Below, in pieces: positions 25,657 through 34,599 of a DNA stretch of 48,692 nucleotides; position 1 is the stretch's first letter; the number at the start of each line of letters is the position of its first letter. Below the pieces are notes generated by a model that saw only the letters and a program-made list of their open reading frames with translations, did not search any database and had not been told where the DNA came from. A program made the position numbers and the translations under genes. The stretch lies in the NCBI GenBank assembly GCA_002451855.1, contig DKDS01000048.1, forward strand, positions 18,535-67,226, given 5' to 3'. The stretch comes from Ruminococcaceae bacterium UBA6842. GTDB lineage: Bacteria; Bacillota; Clostridia; Oscillospirales; Acutalibacteraceae.

Positions 25657-27003
25657 TTACGCGTTCTTTTCCTCTTTTTTGCCGGATAAAACCACATTGG
25701 TGATTATTCCGAGAATAAGCGCACAGGCTATCGAGGTTATTGTAACCTTTCCGAACGATACGGTAAGACCGCCTATACCGCAGATAAGAATTACGGCTAC
25801 CACAAAGAGGTTTATGTTATCGTTAAGGTCAACCTCCTGTATCATCTTAAGACCGGAAACCGCGATAAAGCCGTAAAGCGTTACGCAAACGCCGCCCATT
25901 ACGCAGTTCGGTATTGTTGAAAGGAATGTTACGAACGGACCGAAGAAGGAAATTACTATTGACAATATGGCAGTAGCAAGTATTGTTACAACGGAAGCGT
26001 TGCCGGTTATCGCAACACAGCCGACCGATTCGCCGTAGGTTGTGTTCGGGCAGCCGCCGAATACAGCGCCTACAATAGAGCCTACGCCGTCTCCGAGGAG
26101 GGTTCTGTGAAGTCCCGGTTCCTCAAGAAGATCCTGTTCGATTACCGAGGAGAGGTTTTTATGGTCGGCGATATGCTCCGCGAATACAACGAACGCAACC
26201 GGAATGTAAGCTACCGCAACCGTAGCTATGTACTGACCGTTGATTTTGCTGAGTCCCTTTGCGGCCTCGAAGAATGTAAAGTCGGGTACCGCTACTATGC
26301 TCATATTCTTGAAAACCTCAAAGTTTATTATCTGAAGCGCCTGATTGTCGGTAGCAATTCCTATAACGGTGAATATCGCCGCTGCGGCATATCCCGCGAG
26401 AATTCCGATAATAAAGGGAATAAGCTTAACCATTTTTTTGCCGTATACCGAGCAGATGGTTACTACCAAAAGGGTTATAAGTCCGCACACAAGGCACACA
26501 AGCGGATTTGCAACCGAATTACCCTTTGCGTCAAGCACCTTACCCTTTGTTATATCGCTTACGGCGTTTGCGGCAAGGGACAAACCGATGATTGAAACTG
26601 TCGGTCCGATAACCACTGCCGGCATGAGCTTATTAACCCAGCCTACTCCGACGAATTTTACCGCTATTGCGATAATAACATATACAAGACCCGCAAAGGC
26701 GGCGCCGAGTATCAAGCCTACATATCCTGCCTGAGTGGACGCGGCACCCGCAAAGGCGGCGAGCATTGAGCCGATAAACGCAAACGACGAGCCTAAGAAT
26801 ACAGGGCTTTTAAATTTAGTGAAAAGCAGATAAACTATTGTTCCCACGCCTGCGCCGAAAAGCGCCGCGGACTGTGACATTCCGTTTTGCACAATAGTAG
26901 GAACAGCTATCGTTGCCGCAAGAATCGCGAGAAGCTGCTGCAAAGCAAAAACTATTACCTTGCCAAAACTCGGTTTGTCTTTAACACCGTAGATTAGTTT
27001 CAT
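25657..27003 (-). CDS. pyrP: Uracil permease (NCS2 family)
   Basis: It is a polytopic NCS2-type protein (N-terminal FALQQLLAILAATIAVPTIV, C-terminal GESVGCVAITG) lying directly downstream of pyrR. Confidence 0.8.
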   Translation of the reverse strand: MKLIYGVKDKPSFGKVIVFALQQLLAILAATIAVPTIVQNGMSQSAALFGAGVGTIVYLLFTKFKSPVFLGSSFAFIGSMLAAFAGAASTQAGYVGLILGAAFAGLVYVIIAIAVKFVGVGWVNKLMPAVVIGPTVSIIGLSLAANAVSDITKGKVLDAKGNSVANPLVCLVCGLITLLVVTICSVYGKKMVKLIPFIIGILAGYAAAAIFTVIGIATDNQALQIINFEVFKNMSIVAVPDFTFFEAAKGLSKINGQYIATVAVAYIPVAFVVFAEHIADHKNLSSVIEQDLLEEPGLHRTLLGDGVGSIVGAVFGGCPNTTYGESVGCVAITGNASVVTILATAILSIVISFFGPFVTFLSTIPNCVMGGVCVTLYGFIAVSGLKMIQEVDLNDNINLFVVAVILICGIGGLTVSFGKVTITSIACALILGIITNVVLSGKKEEKNA

Positions 27004-27080
27004 TTTTACTTCCTCCGTTTTAGCACCATGAGTCTCTCCTCTTTCGGTGCTTTTATTTTATATAAAGGCCGTAAAGCCGT

Positions 27081-27620
27081 TTATACCTCATAAAGCTCCG
27101 CCGCCGTTATTTCGTCATACGGCGGTATTTTAACCGCTATTACCTCAGATTTTGAGGTCGGGATATTCTTTCCTACATAATCGCCCCTGATAGGCAGTTC
27201 CCTGTGTCCTCTGTCTATAAGCACCGCAAGCTGTACCGATGCCGCCCTGCCGCACTCCATAAGAGCGTCAAGCGCCGCGCGCACCGTTCTGCCGGTATAC
27301 AGCACATCGTCCACCAAAACCACACGGCGGTCGGTTACGGAAAAGGGAAGCTCCGCTCCGTGAATTACCGGATCGTCCGATATTACCGACAGGTCGTCCC
27401 TGTAATATGTAATGTCAATCTCTCCGCACGGGACTTTTACGCCCTCTATATTATATATGTTGTCCGCAATGATTTTCGCAAGGGATACCCCTCTGCGCTT
27501 TATGCCTATTATGCAAAGATTTTCGGTTCCGTTGTTCTTTTCAAGAATTTCGTGCGAAATTCTTTTGAGCGCGCGGGTGACCGCCGTTTCGTCCATAAGG
27601 GTTGCCTTGAACTTTTCCAT
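27081..27620 (-). CDS. pyrR: Bifunctional pyr operon regulator / uracil phosphoribosyltransferase PyrR
   Basis: The PRPP-binding motif VVLVDDVLYTGRT and the typical N-terminus LMDETAVTRALKRISHEILEKN are present. The ATG at 27620 follows AGGAGGAG. Confidence 0.85.
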   Translation of the reverse strand: MEKFKATLMDETAVTRALKRISHEILEKNNGTENLCIIGIKRRGVSLAKIIADNIYNIEGVKVPCGEIDITYYRDDLSVISDDPVIHGAELPFSVTDRRVVLVDDVLYTGRTVRAALDALMECGRAASVQLAVLIDRGHRELPIRGDYVGKNIPTSKSEVIAVKIPPYDEITAAELYEV

Positions 27621-27639
27621 AACGCTCCTCCTAAGGCAT

Positions 27640-27745
27640 AAAAAAAGCCTGCACACGGCAGGACATAATGGTATACATATATATACTGTGTTTCACTGTC
27701 CTTGCCGGCATCCCGTACCGTCTTAAAGGTTTCTTCGAACTACTA
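27640..27745 (-). promoter_or_regulatory. PyrR-type transcription attenuator in the pyrR leader
   Basis: Minus-sense RNA contains UUUAAG...GCCGGCAAGGACAG, a PyrR-box-like ...GCAAGG segment. That segment is complementary to the 5' arm of a downstream terminator, GUCCUGCCGUGUGCAGGC, which is followed by UUUUUUU just before the RBS. A second AGAGGAGAGAC-containing hairpin lies in the pyrR-pyrP spacer (27030-27060). Confidence 0.55.
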
Positions 27746-27835
27746 TATCACACTTTACGGCGTTTGTAAAGCCCCAATTTCACAAATATTAATATTTTCT
27801 TAATACACGCTATATTGTGTTTATTTTGGAAGTTT

Positions 27836-27864
27836 TTGAATAAATCCCCCACTTTTGGTATAAA
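27836..27864 (+). promoter_or_regulatory. Orphan sigma-A-type promoter in the pyrR / yabE-like intergenic region
   Basis: TTGAAT (27836-27841), a 17-nt spacer, then TGG-TATAAA (-10 at 27859-27864). Confidence 0.4.
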
Positions 27865-27958
27865 ATAGTATTGTACAAGCTGTATCCCACGCCACTTTGC
27901 GTCATTTTGTAGGATTGCACAAGCTAAATGTTAAAAATTGTCAATTTTTTCGGGCTTT

Positions 27959-27986
27959 AAAAGGTTACACGCTTGTAACCTTTTTG
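27959..27986 (+). terminator. Hairpin plus T-run about 95-125 nt downstream of the orphan promoter
   Basis: A perfect 11-bp stem, AAAAGGTTACA (27959-27969) pairing with TGTAACCTTTT (27974-27984), has a 4-nt loop. It is AU-rich. Confidence 0.4.
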
Positions 27987-28038
27987 TAACCGCCTTGTAA
28001 TTTGTGCGCATTGCACAAAAACTGTGTTTTCAACCGCT

Positions 28039-28067
28039 TTGACATAGTGTGGTTTTTTGTATATAAT
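28039..28067 (+). promoter_or_regulatory. Consensus sigma-A promoter of the yabE-like gene
   Basis: TTGACA (28039-28044), a 17-nt spacer, then TATAAT (28062-28067). Confidence 0.6.
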
Positions 28068-28107
28068 AGCAAACGAATTGAGAAATCAGTTTCAAAGGAG
28101 ACATTTG

Positions 28108-29193
28108 ATGTTAGAAAAAATAAAAATTCGATTGTCCGAAATTTTATTTTCAAAACAAACCCGTGTAAAGTGTATCGCAGTGCTTACCGCCGTAACTGTT
28201 GCGGTGGTTTCCCTGCTCGGACTTTCGATAAACACCGTAAATGTATTTGACGGTGAAAAGAATTATGTTGTCCGCTCGCTTAATCTTAATGTTTCGGGCG
28301 TGCTTTCGGGACTTAACCTTAAGTCGGACAGGTATAAGATATTACAGACCGCCTCCGAGGGTCGTATTACCTCTGTTAAGATAGCCTATACATTTCCTGT
28401 TTTTATAACAAGCGGCGAAAATGTAATTGAGGTTGAGTTTTCGGGCGGAACGGTTGCCGACGCACTCGCTTTGGCCGGCTATACCGCGGATGAATTTGAT
28501 ATGGTACAGCCCTCGCTTGATACCGAAATAACCGAAACCGCTTATATCGACTACACCGATATAGAATATGTAAACGGAACCTATACCGAGGTTATTCCCC
28601 ACGGTGAAGAGACGGTGTATTCCTCCGCTCATGCGGCAGGCGTTACAAAAACCGAGGACGGCGAGGACGGCTTAAAGCAGGTAGCTTATACCGAAAAGCT
28701 TGTAAACGGCGTTTCCTCGGAAAAAACAGTCACGGGCGAAGAGGTTTTAAAGACTGCTGTCAACACCAAAACATTAGTAGGAACAAAAAAGACCGCCGCG
28801 GTAAAAACAGCGGCTAAAACCAGCGCAACCGTTAAATCGGTTTCCACACTCACACCCTCTTCACCGATAGAGCTTGACGAAAACGGCGTTCCGCTTCATT
28901 ACAAATCAAAAATCACCTCACGGGCGACGGCATATACCTACACAGGTCATAACTGCGCCACGGGCGTAGCCCCCCAGCCGGGTTACATTGCGGTCAATCC
29001 CAAGGTTATACCCTACGGAACCAAAATGTATATAAAAACCGCCGACGGCAGTGTTATATACGGCTATGCGGTTGCGGCTGATACCGGCGGATTTATTAAA
29101 AACCACCCGACGGGCGTTGACCTGTTTATGTCAAGCAAAGCCGCCTGCGTAAGCTTCGGCGTGCGCAATGTGGAAATCTATATTCTTGAGTGA
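28108..29193 (+). CDS. yabE: YabE-like cell-wall protein (membrane anchor, DUF348/G5-type region, C-terminal 3D domain)
   Basis: The ATG at 28108 follows AAAGGAG. There is an N-terminal TM segment. The C-terminal ATAYTYTGHNCATGVAPQPGYIAVNPKVIPYGTKMYI...GYAVAADTGG is a 3D (MltA-like) domain. Confidence 0.65.
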   Translation: MLEKIKIRLSEILFSKQTRVKCIAVLTAVTVAVVSLLGLSINTVNVFDGEKNYVVRSLNLNVSGVLSGLNLKSDRYKILQTASEGRITSVKIAYTFPVFITSGENVIEVEFSGGTVADALALAGYTADEFDMVQPSLDTEITETAYIDYTDIEYVNGTYTEVIPHGEETVYSSAHAAGVTKTEDGEDGLKQVAYTEKLVNGVSSEKTVTGEEVLKTAVNTKTLVGTKKTAAVKTAAKTSATVKSVSTLTPSSPIELDENGVPLHYKSKITSRATAYTYTGHNCATGVAPQPGYIAVNPKVIPYGTKMYIKTADGSVIYGYAVAADTGGFIKNHPTGVDLFMSSKAACVSFGVRNVEIYILE

Positions 29194-29411
29194 TGACGGT
29201 ATACAGAAGAATGCGGGACTTAAGAGAAGACAAAGATATAAGCCAAGATAAGATGGGAACGGTTCTGTCCTGCAGTCAGCGTGTTTACAGCAACTATGAA
29301 CGGGGAGACCTTGACATTCCGACCGAGACCCTTATTAAAATTGCGGATTTTCACGGCGTGTCTGTGGATTATCTCTTAAACCGAACCGACAATCCGGAAT
29401 TAAACAAATAA
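29190..29411 (+). CDS. XRE-family HTH regulator, overlapping the yabE-like stop codon
   Basis: ISQDKMGTVLSCSQRVYSNYERG...IADFHGVSVDYLLNRTDNP. Confidence 0.7.
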   Translation: MMTVYRRMRDLREDKDISQDKMGTVLSCSQRVYSNYERGDLDIPTETLIKIADFHGVSVDYLLNRTDNPELNK

Positions 29412-29412
29412 A

Positions 29413-29437
29413 AAGCAGACGGTTTCCCCGTCTGCTT
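29413..29437. terminator. Bidirectional intrinsic terminator
   Basis: A perfect 10-bp stem, AAGCAGACGG/CCGTCTGCTT, has a 5-nt loop, an A-run before it and a T-rich run after it. Confidence 0.7.
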
Positions 29438-29632
29438 TTAAATTTTTACCGTAAAATCAAGTATCCTCAGTCCGTCCTCCTCTATGGCGACGGCCTTTTT
29501 GTACTCGCCGAAGCCTATTCTGCGTGTATTTTCGTAAGCCTTTGCTATTCCGAAAAGTCCCGAAAAAAAGCAAACCGCAACGACAAAGGAAATTGAAAAC
29601 GACCGTATAAACACTCTTTTAATTTTAATCAT
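29438..29632 (-). CDS. Small membrane protein downstream of spoIIP (hypothetical)
   Basis: This 64-aa ORF has one clear TM segment (FSISFVVAVCFFSGLFGIA). It lies in operon position after spoIIP. I recognised no family. Confidence 0.4.
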   Translation of the reverse strand: MIKIKRVFIRSFSISFVVAVCFFSGLFGIAKAYENTRRIGFGEYKKAVAIEEDGLRILDFTVKI

Positions 29633-29644
29633 TCCTTTTTTGTT

Positions 29645-30700
29645 TTATGTAAGCGAGTTCATAAGCTCCGCCAATGCGTCGCCTACCATCTGAGCCGAAT
29701 AATGCGCCTCCTCCACGGTGTTTGCGTCGGTTCCGAATTCTATAAGCAGCGAACCTTTTGTAAGACTTTCGTTATAGTTGTTTGAGGTAAGATTTATCGG
29801 TCTCGCAAGGGTGGGGTATTTTGTTTCCAAAACCCTTTGCAGGCGTACCGCCAGCTTGAAATTTTCCTGCCAATTTGGGAAATTTGTAACGCTTCCGCTT
29901 TGCGAGCCCATTACAAGCATAACCTGCGCCGCCTTTTTTCCGCCTATTTCGGTTACAAGCTTTACCTTGTCGCTCTCACCCGACGCCACGGCGTCGCGGT
30001 GCAAATCGAGAACTATTTTTATGCTCGGATACTTTTTTAAGTATCCGTTTATTGTTTTTGCCGCCCTTGTATAGCTGCCCGTATATTTCGGGTAATCGTG
30101 CTCGGTCGTATCGTGCAAAGTTTTTATGCCTGCGGCGTTAAGCTTGTCAGCCACTATATTTCCGACGCTTACCATATTTTTTTCGGTGTCTCTTGTTCTC
30201 GGGGAAAAGGCGTCGGTATAGCAATCGGCATCCTCGGTCATATAGGTTTCGGTTGTATGCGTGTGCATTATAAGAACCTCGGGAGCGTCCGTTTTTGCTA
30301 TTTTAAAGGAAAGCGGAGCCTCAAGAAACGATTTTATATTGATTTCAAGCCCCGACATATTTTTTACATAAATATTGTCATAAGAAAGCGCCGCTTTATA
30401 GGGCGAAATATAATTGCTTATGATTTTTCCCTTGACATTTCCGGAGGCAGACGCCTCTACCGCCTCGCTTGTTTTCTGTTCGGACGAAACGGGGGCGGAG
30501 GCTTGTTCGGTCTCACGGGCTTCCTCGGGCTTTAACGATTCGGTTTCCGATACCGTGCTTTCCTGCGTATCTTGCGGAAGCGCCGCCGCAATGCTGCCTG
30601 CCGAATTGTTTAAAAACATACCGTAAATATTATATCCCAAAAGCACCGTGCTTATCAAAAAAACGCCGGCAAGCCTTGCTATGCCCAATTTGTTTCGCAT
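29645..30700 (-). CDS. spoIIP: Stage II sporulation protein P
   Basis: There is an N-terminal TM segment. The conserved core is VLIMHTHTTETY...DLHRDA...NLTSNNYN, in the canonical gpr-spoIIP arrangement. Confidence 0.8.
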   Translation of the reverse strand: MRNKLGIARLAGVFLISTVLLGYNIYGMFLNNSAGSIAAALPQDTQESTVSETESLKPEEARETEQASAPVSSEQKTSEAVEASASGNVKGKIISNYISPYKAALSYDNIYVKNMSGLEINIKSFLEAPLSFKIAKTDAPEVLIMHTHTTETYMTEDADCYTDAFSPRTRDTEKNMVSVGNIVADKLNAAGIKTLHDTTEHDYPKYTGSYTRAAKTINGYLKKYPSIKIVLDLHRDAVASGESDKVKLVTEIGGKKAAQVMLVMGSQSGSVTNFPNWQENFKLAVRLQRVLETKYPTLARPINLTSNNYNESLTKGSLLIEFGTDANTVEEAHYSAQMVGDALAELMNSLT

Positions 30701-30741
30701 ATTTTCGCCCCCTATACGAGTTTATGACGGGGGAAAGCTTT

Positions 30742-31587
30742 TTAGACCAGTCCTGCTATTATATCGGGCTCTATTTCGGGCTGTAAAAATTCGTTTAAGG
30801 AAAGCGAAAGTATTTCGCTTATCCTGTCGCACAGCAAATCTACATCCTTCGGTGTAACGAACATTCCGCTCTCGGTTTCGGGCATTTTTCCCGTAAGACT
30901 GTATGCCAGCGAGTCTGCATCCGTAACGGTGGGAACTCCTACCGCCGCAACCGGCACGCCTATCGTTTTTTCGCTTATTTCGCTGCGTGAATTTTTGACC
31001 CCCGAGCCGGGGCGGATCCCCGTATCGCACAGCTGAACCGTTTTAAAAAGACGGTCCGGTTCCTTTGCCGCAAGGGCATCGATTACTATTACCGCCGCGG
31101 GCTTTACCGTGTCCGCGGCACATTTTATAAGCTCCGCCGCCTCAATTCCCGTTTTACCGAGCACATCCGGCGTTATTACCGCCACGCTTTTAAGACCGGA
31201 AAGACCTATGCTTTTCGCAAGTCGACCCGAAATATGCCGTGTCGCGAGTATTTTTTTAGCCGTAAAGGGTCCCACCGAATCGGGCGTTATTTCCGTGTTT
31301 CCGAGCCCCGCGACAAGCACCGTTCCGTTTATACCGTTAAGTAAGCCTGAAAGCGCCTTAATAATTTCTTCCTTAATTCCGCCGAAATCGGCGATTTTAT
31401 TTATATCGGGAAATTCCGCGGTGATGTATGTTCCGCAGGGTCTGCCGAGGATCTCCTCGCCCTTTTTTGAGGTGATTCTTATAACCGTGGTTTTAACATC
31501 GCCGTTTACGGCTTCTTCCTTTTCAATTCCGCTGTCCTTATCCGAAATGTCGGTCTTTATTTCAACCGCAAGGTCTGTCCGTACCGT
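30742..31587 (-). CDS. gpr: Germination protease GPR (spore endopeptidase); the start codon is non-canonical
   Basis: The track shows only the C-terminal 192 aa (GTG at 31320). The frame is open upstream and encodes VRTDLAVE (the universal GPR N-terminus), GLGNTEITPDSVGP, VIDALAA, DTGIRPGSGV and GVPTVTDA. No ATG, GTG or TTG lies in frame between the upstream stop (TAG) and 31320. A strong AAAGGAGGG RBS sits 7 nt before an ACG codon (31587-31585). Confidence 0.7.
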   Translation of the reverse strand, partial: TVRTDLAVEIKTDISDKDSGIEKEEAVNGDVKTTVIRITSKKGEEILGRPCGTYITAEFPDINKIADFGGIKEEIIKALSGLLNGINGTVLVAGLGNTEITPDSVGPFTAKKILATRHISGRLAKSIGLSGLKSVAVITPDVLGKTGIEAAELIKCAADTVKPAAVIVIDALAAKEPDRLFKTVQLCDTGIRPGSGVKNSRSEISEKTIGVPVAAVGVPTVTDADSLAYSLTGKMPETESGMFVTPKDVDLLCDRISEILSLSLNEFLQPEIEPDIIAGLV

Positions 31588-31739
31588 ACCGACGCCCTCC
31601 TTTGTCTTTATTACTATAATTTTTTCCTTTTTCTATCAACTTTATTCTTATGAAAAAGTTGAAAATTTCCTTTAGATGTGTTATACTGTATAAGATTATT
31701 AATATATATATTATACTATATATAAGGGTGGTTTACATA

Positions 31740-33080
31740 ATGCCGATAAGCTCTATTAACGACATATGGTCCGCCGTTTGTGAGGAATGTAAAAAAACCA
31801 TTTCGGAAGTTGCTTTTAACTGCTTTTTAAAGGATCTTGTTCCGGTTTCTCTTAACGGCGGCGAATTTGTTGTCTCTATCAACAACGAATATATGCGAGG
31901 AGTTGTTGAGCAGAACTATACCGAGGTTCTGCAAAAAGCGCTTAAAGCCGTAATGGGAATAGATATGCGCGTTAAGATAATTTACGAGGACGACGAGGAA
32001 AAAATCATAAAGGCCGAGCAGTTCAGCGACGGGCTTACCTTTGAGGATTTCTTTACCTTTTCAAATTTCGTTGTAGGCTCTACAAACAGGTTTGCCCACG
32101 CCGCCGCGCTTGCGGTGTCAAACAATCCTAATATAACCTACAATCCGCTTGTTATATACGGTCCGTCGGGCGTTGGTAAGACCCACCTTATGCTCGCCAT
32201 TAAAAATCAGATAAAGAAGAACTTTCCTTACAGAAAGATTGAATATACACGGGGCGAGGATTTTACAAATCAGCTTATAAAGGCATTGCAGGACGGTAAG
32301 CTGGGACTCGGCACAATAGACGATTTCCGCAACAAGTACAGGGGCGTAGATGTTCTTTTGATAGACGATATTCATTTTATCGCGGGCAAGGAACAAACCC
32401 AGGAGGAATTCTTCAATACCTTCAACACCCTGCTTCAGAACAATAAGCAGATAGTGGTAACGCTCGACCGTCCGCCGAAAGAAATAAAAACCCTTGATAA
32501 CAGAATTCGCTCCCGTTTTGAAAGCGGACTTTTTGCGGATATTACTCCGCCCGATTTTGAGACCCGTGTGGGAATTGTAAAGAAAAAGGCGCTTCAGCTT
32601 GATATGAAGCTGGACGAGCCTATTGTGTTTTACATTGCCGAGCATATCAAGGTAAACACCCGTCAGCTTGAGGGCGTGGTAAAGAAACTTAAAGCATATG
32701 TATCAATTCAGGGCAGACCCCCAACAACCGCGGTGGTGGGCGGATTTATAAGAGATATTATAAACGATACACAGCCCGAACCCATAAAGATTGAAAAGAT
32801 TATTTCCGAGGTTGCGAAAACCTACAATGTATCGGAAAGCGATATTCTTTCAAACAGAAGAACGCAGGCGCTGGCTCTTGCCCGTCAGGTAGCTATGTAC
32901 ATAGCAAGGGAAACTACCGACCTTTCATATAAGGCGATAGGCGAAAGCTTCGGTAAAGACCATACCACCGTTCTTTACAATGTAAACAGGATAGAGGAAT
33001 TTCTAAAGGACAAGCCCTACGAAAAGGAGCTTGTGGACGATATTATAAAAAACCTCACAAGCGAATCCTATTCCTTCTGA
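31740..33080 (+). CDS. dnaA: Chromosomal replication initiator DnaA
   Basis: The AAA+ Walker A motif GPSGVGKTHL, LLIDDIHF, and the C-terminal DNA-binding AMYIARETTDLSYKAIGESFGKDHTTVLY are present. I prefer the ATG at 31740, in frame with the track ORF 31650..33080. Confidence 0.95.
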   Translation: MPISSINDIWSAVCEECKKTISEVAFNCFLKDLVPVSLNGGEFVVSINNEYMRGVVEQNYTEVLQKALKAVMGIDMRVKIIYEDDEEKIIKAEQFSDGLTFEDFFTFSNFVVGSTNRFAHAAALAVSNNPNITYNPLVIYGPSGVGKTHLMLAIKNQIKKNFPYRKIEYTRGEDFTNQLIKALQDGKLGLGTIDDFRNKYRGVDVLLIDDIHFIAGKEQTQEEFFNTFNTLLQNNKQIVVTLDRPPKEIKTLDNRIRSRFESGLFADITPPDFETRVGIVKKKALQLDMKLDEPIVFYIAEHIKVNTRQLEGVVKKLKAYVSIQGRPPTTAVVGGFIRDIINDTQPEPIKIEKIISEVAKTYNVSESDILSNRRTQALALARQVAMYIARETTDLSYKAIGESFGKDHTTVLYNVNRIEEFLKDKPYEKELVDDIIKNLTSESYSF

Positions 33081-33286
33081 GTTATCAACCGTTTTAAACT
33101 TAATTAACAGCGAAGTTATTAAATCGGGTGTTGAAAATCCTTTAAGGCTTAAATTACTAAACTTTTATCCAATTGTGATTTAACAACGAAACTTGTCCTT
33201 ACAAAGCCGTTTTCAGACCTTATTAACCGTTTTAACACCCCTTATTATTACTGTTATTTTATAATTTTCTTTTAGGAGGAAAAAAT
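33081..33286. other. Probable oriC segment (dnaA-dnaN intergenic region) with degenerate DnaA boxes and an AT-rich 3' part
   Basis: TTATCAACC (33082), TGTTGAAAA (33129, reverse orientation), TTATCCAAT (33165) and TTATTAACC (33220) each differ from TTATCCACA at 2-3 positions. A 16-nt direct repeat TTAT(C/T)AACCGTTTTAA occurs at 33082-33097 and 33220-33235. An AT-rich run lies at 33240-33275. Confidence 0.45.
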
Positions 33287-34387
33287 ATGATAATTTCCGT
33301 TGAGCGTTCTTCTTTGCTTGACGCAGTAACACGCTTACAGAGAGTTGTAAGCTCTAAAACCTCAATGCCCGTGCTTGAGGGAATACTTCTTTCGGCCGAA
33401 CAGGGAAAGGTTACACTTATTGCCTACAACCTTGAAATGGGAATGAGAAAGGAGATATACGCCAAATGCGACGAAGCCGGCGATATTGTTATAAACGCAA
33501 GGCTTTTAGGCGATATTTTAAGGCGTATGAATGCTCCGCAGGTCGTTATTTCCTCCAATGAAAAATTAGCGTGCAATATAAAGTGCGGCGAAGCCACATT
33601 TGACATAATGGGAATGGCGGCTGAGGATTTTCCCGAAATGCCGACGGTAGGCTCGGACAGAACTCTTAAAATAGACGGTTCTCTTTTATCCGAAATGGTT
33701 AAGGGCACATTTTTCGCCACCGCGCAGAACGAGGGCGCAAAGCCGATACTTACGGGAATAAATGTTACCGTTAATAATTCGGTTATGCAATTTGTAGCCA
33801 TTGACGGATACAGATTGGCAATTAAAAGAGAGAATGTTGACATTTCGGACGATTTTTCATTTATATTATCGGGTAAAGCGGTAAGCGAGGCTGTAAAGCT
33901 TATAGATGAAAACACCGAAGAGGTTGAAATGAAGGTAGGGGAAAATCTTATCTCCTTTAATATAAACGGATACGATTTCATTTCAAGACTTTTAGAGGGA
34001 GAGTTTGTAAACTATCAGAAGACCATTCCGTCCGCTCATACTCAAAGAGTGGTTGTAAATACCCGTGAGCTTATTGATACCATTGAGCGTGTCTCACTTC
34101 TTATAAGCGAATCGTTTTCAACGCCGGTACGCTGCTATTTTAACGAGCTTAATGTGGTATTTACCTGCGCTACCTCTATGGGAAGAGCGGCGGAAACCTT
34201 TAATACCCAGCTTGAGGGCGACAGCTTTGAAATAGGTCTTAACAGCAGATACCTTTTGGATGCGCTTAAGGCGGTAGGAGACGAAAAGGTTCAGATTCTG
34301 TTTAACGGCGCTAACGCGGGAGTGCTTATTCTGCCGTTAGAGGGCAACAGCTTTACCTATATGATAATGCCGATGAGGTTGAGATAA
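33287..34387 (+). CDS. dnaN: DNA polymerase III beta sliding clamp
   Basis: It has the conserved position after dnaA, the typical three-domain length (366 aa), and the C-terminal YMIMPMRL. Confidence 0.9.
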   Translation: MIISVERSSLLDAVTRLQRVVSSKTSMPVLEGILLSAEQGKVTLIAYNLEMGMRKEIYAKCDEAGDIVINARLLGDILRRMNAPQVVISSNEKLACNIKCGEATFDIMGMAAEDFPEMPTVGSDRTLKIDGSLLSEMVKGTFFATAQNEGAKPILTGINVTVNNSVMQFVAIDGYRLAIKRENVDISDDFSFILSGKAVSEAVKLIDENTEEVEMKVGENLISFNINGYDFISRLLEGEFVNYQKTIPSAHTQRVVVNTRELIDTIERVSLLISESFSTPVRCYFNELNVVFTCATSMGRAAETFNTQLEGDSFEIGLNSRYLLDALKAVGDEKVQILFNGANAGVLILPLEGNSFTYMIMPMRLR

Positions 34388-34599
34388 TGGATTATAAAAA
34401 GCTTTCCGTTAAAGAGGATTTTATAAGGCTTGACAGCGCAATGAAACTTGCGAGCGTTGTTTCAACAGGGGGGCACGCAAAGCTTGTTATACAAAACGGC
34501 GAGGTTAAGGTAAACGGCGAGGTTTGCACTATGAGGGGCAAAAAGCTGCGTTCTGGCGATACCTTTTATTATAACGGAAACGGTTTTGTAATAGAATGA
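34387..34599 (+). CDS. yaaA: S4-domain RNA-binding protein YaaA
   Basis: This 70-aa protein reads IRLDSAMKLASVVSTGGHAKLVIQNGEVKVNGEV. It has the conserved position between dnaN and recF. Confidence 0.8.
   Translation: MDYKKLSVKEDFIRLDSAMKLASVVSTGGHAKLVIQNGEVKVNGEVCTMRGKKLRSGDTFYYNGNGFVIE

Noticed and set aside
27760-28107. c-di-AMP (ydaO-type) riboswitch upstream of the 3D-domain cell-wall gene
   Set aside because: This riboswitch class is often found before such genes. The conserved GGGGA...CCA / CCGAAUCC-type segments I recall are absent.
31109-31675. 188-aa plus-strand ORF upstream of dnaA
   Set aside because: It is antisense to the gpr reading frame, which carries unmistakable GPR motifs. 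Its composition is low-complexity and Ser/Pro-rich.
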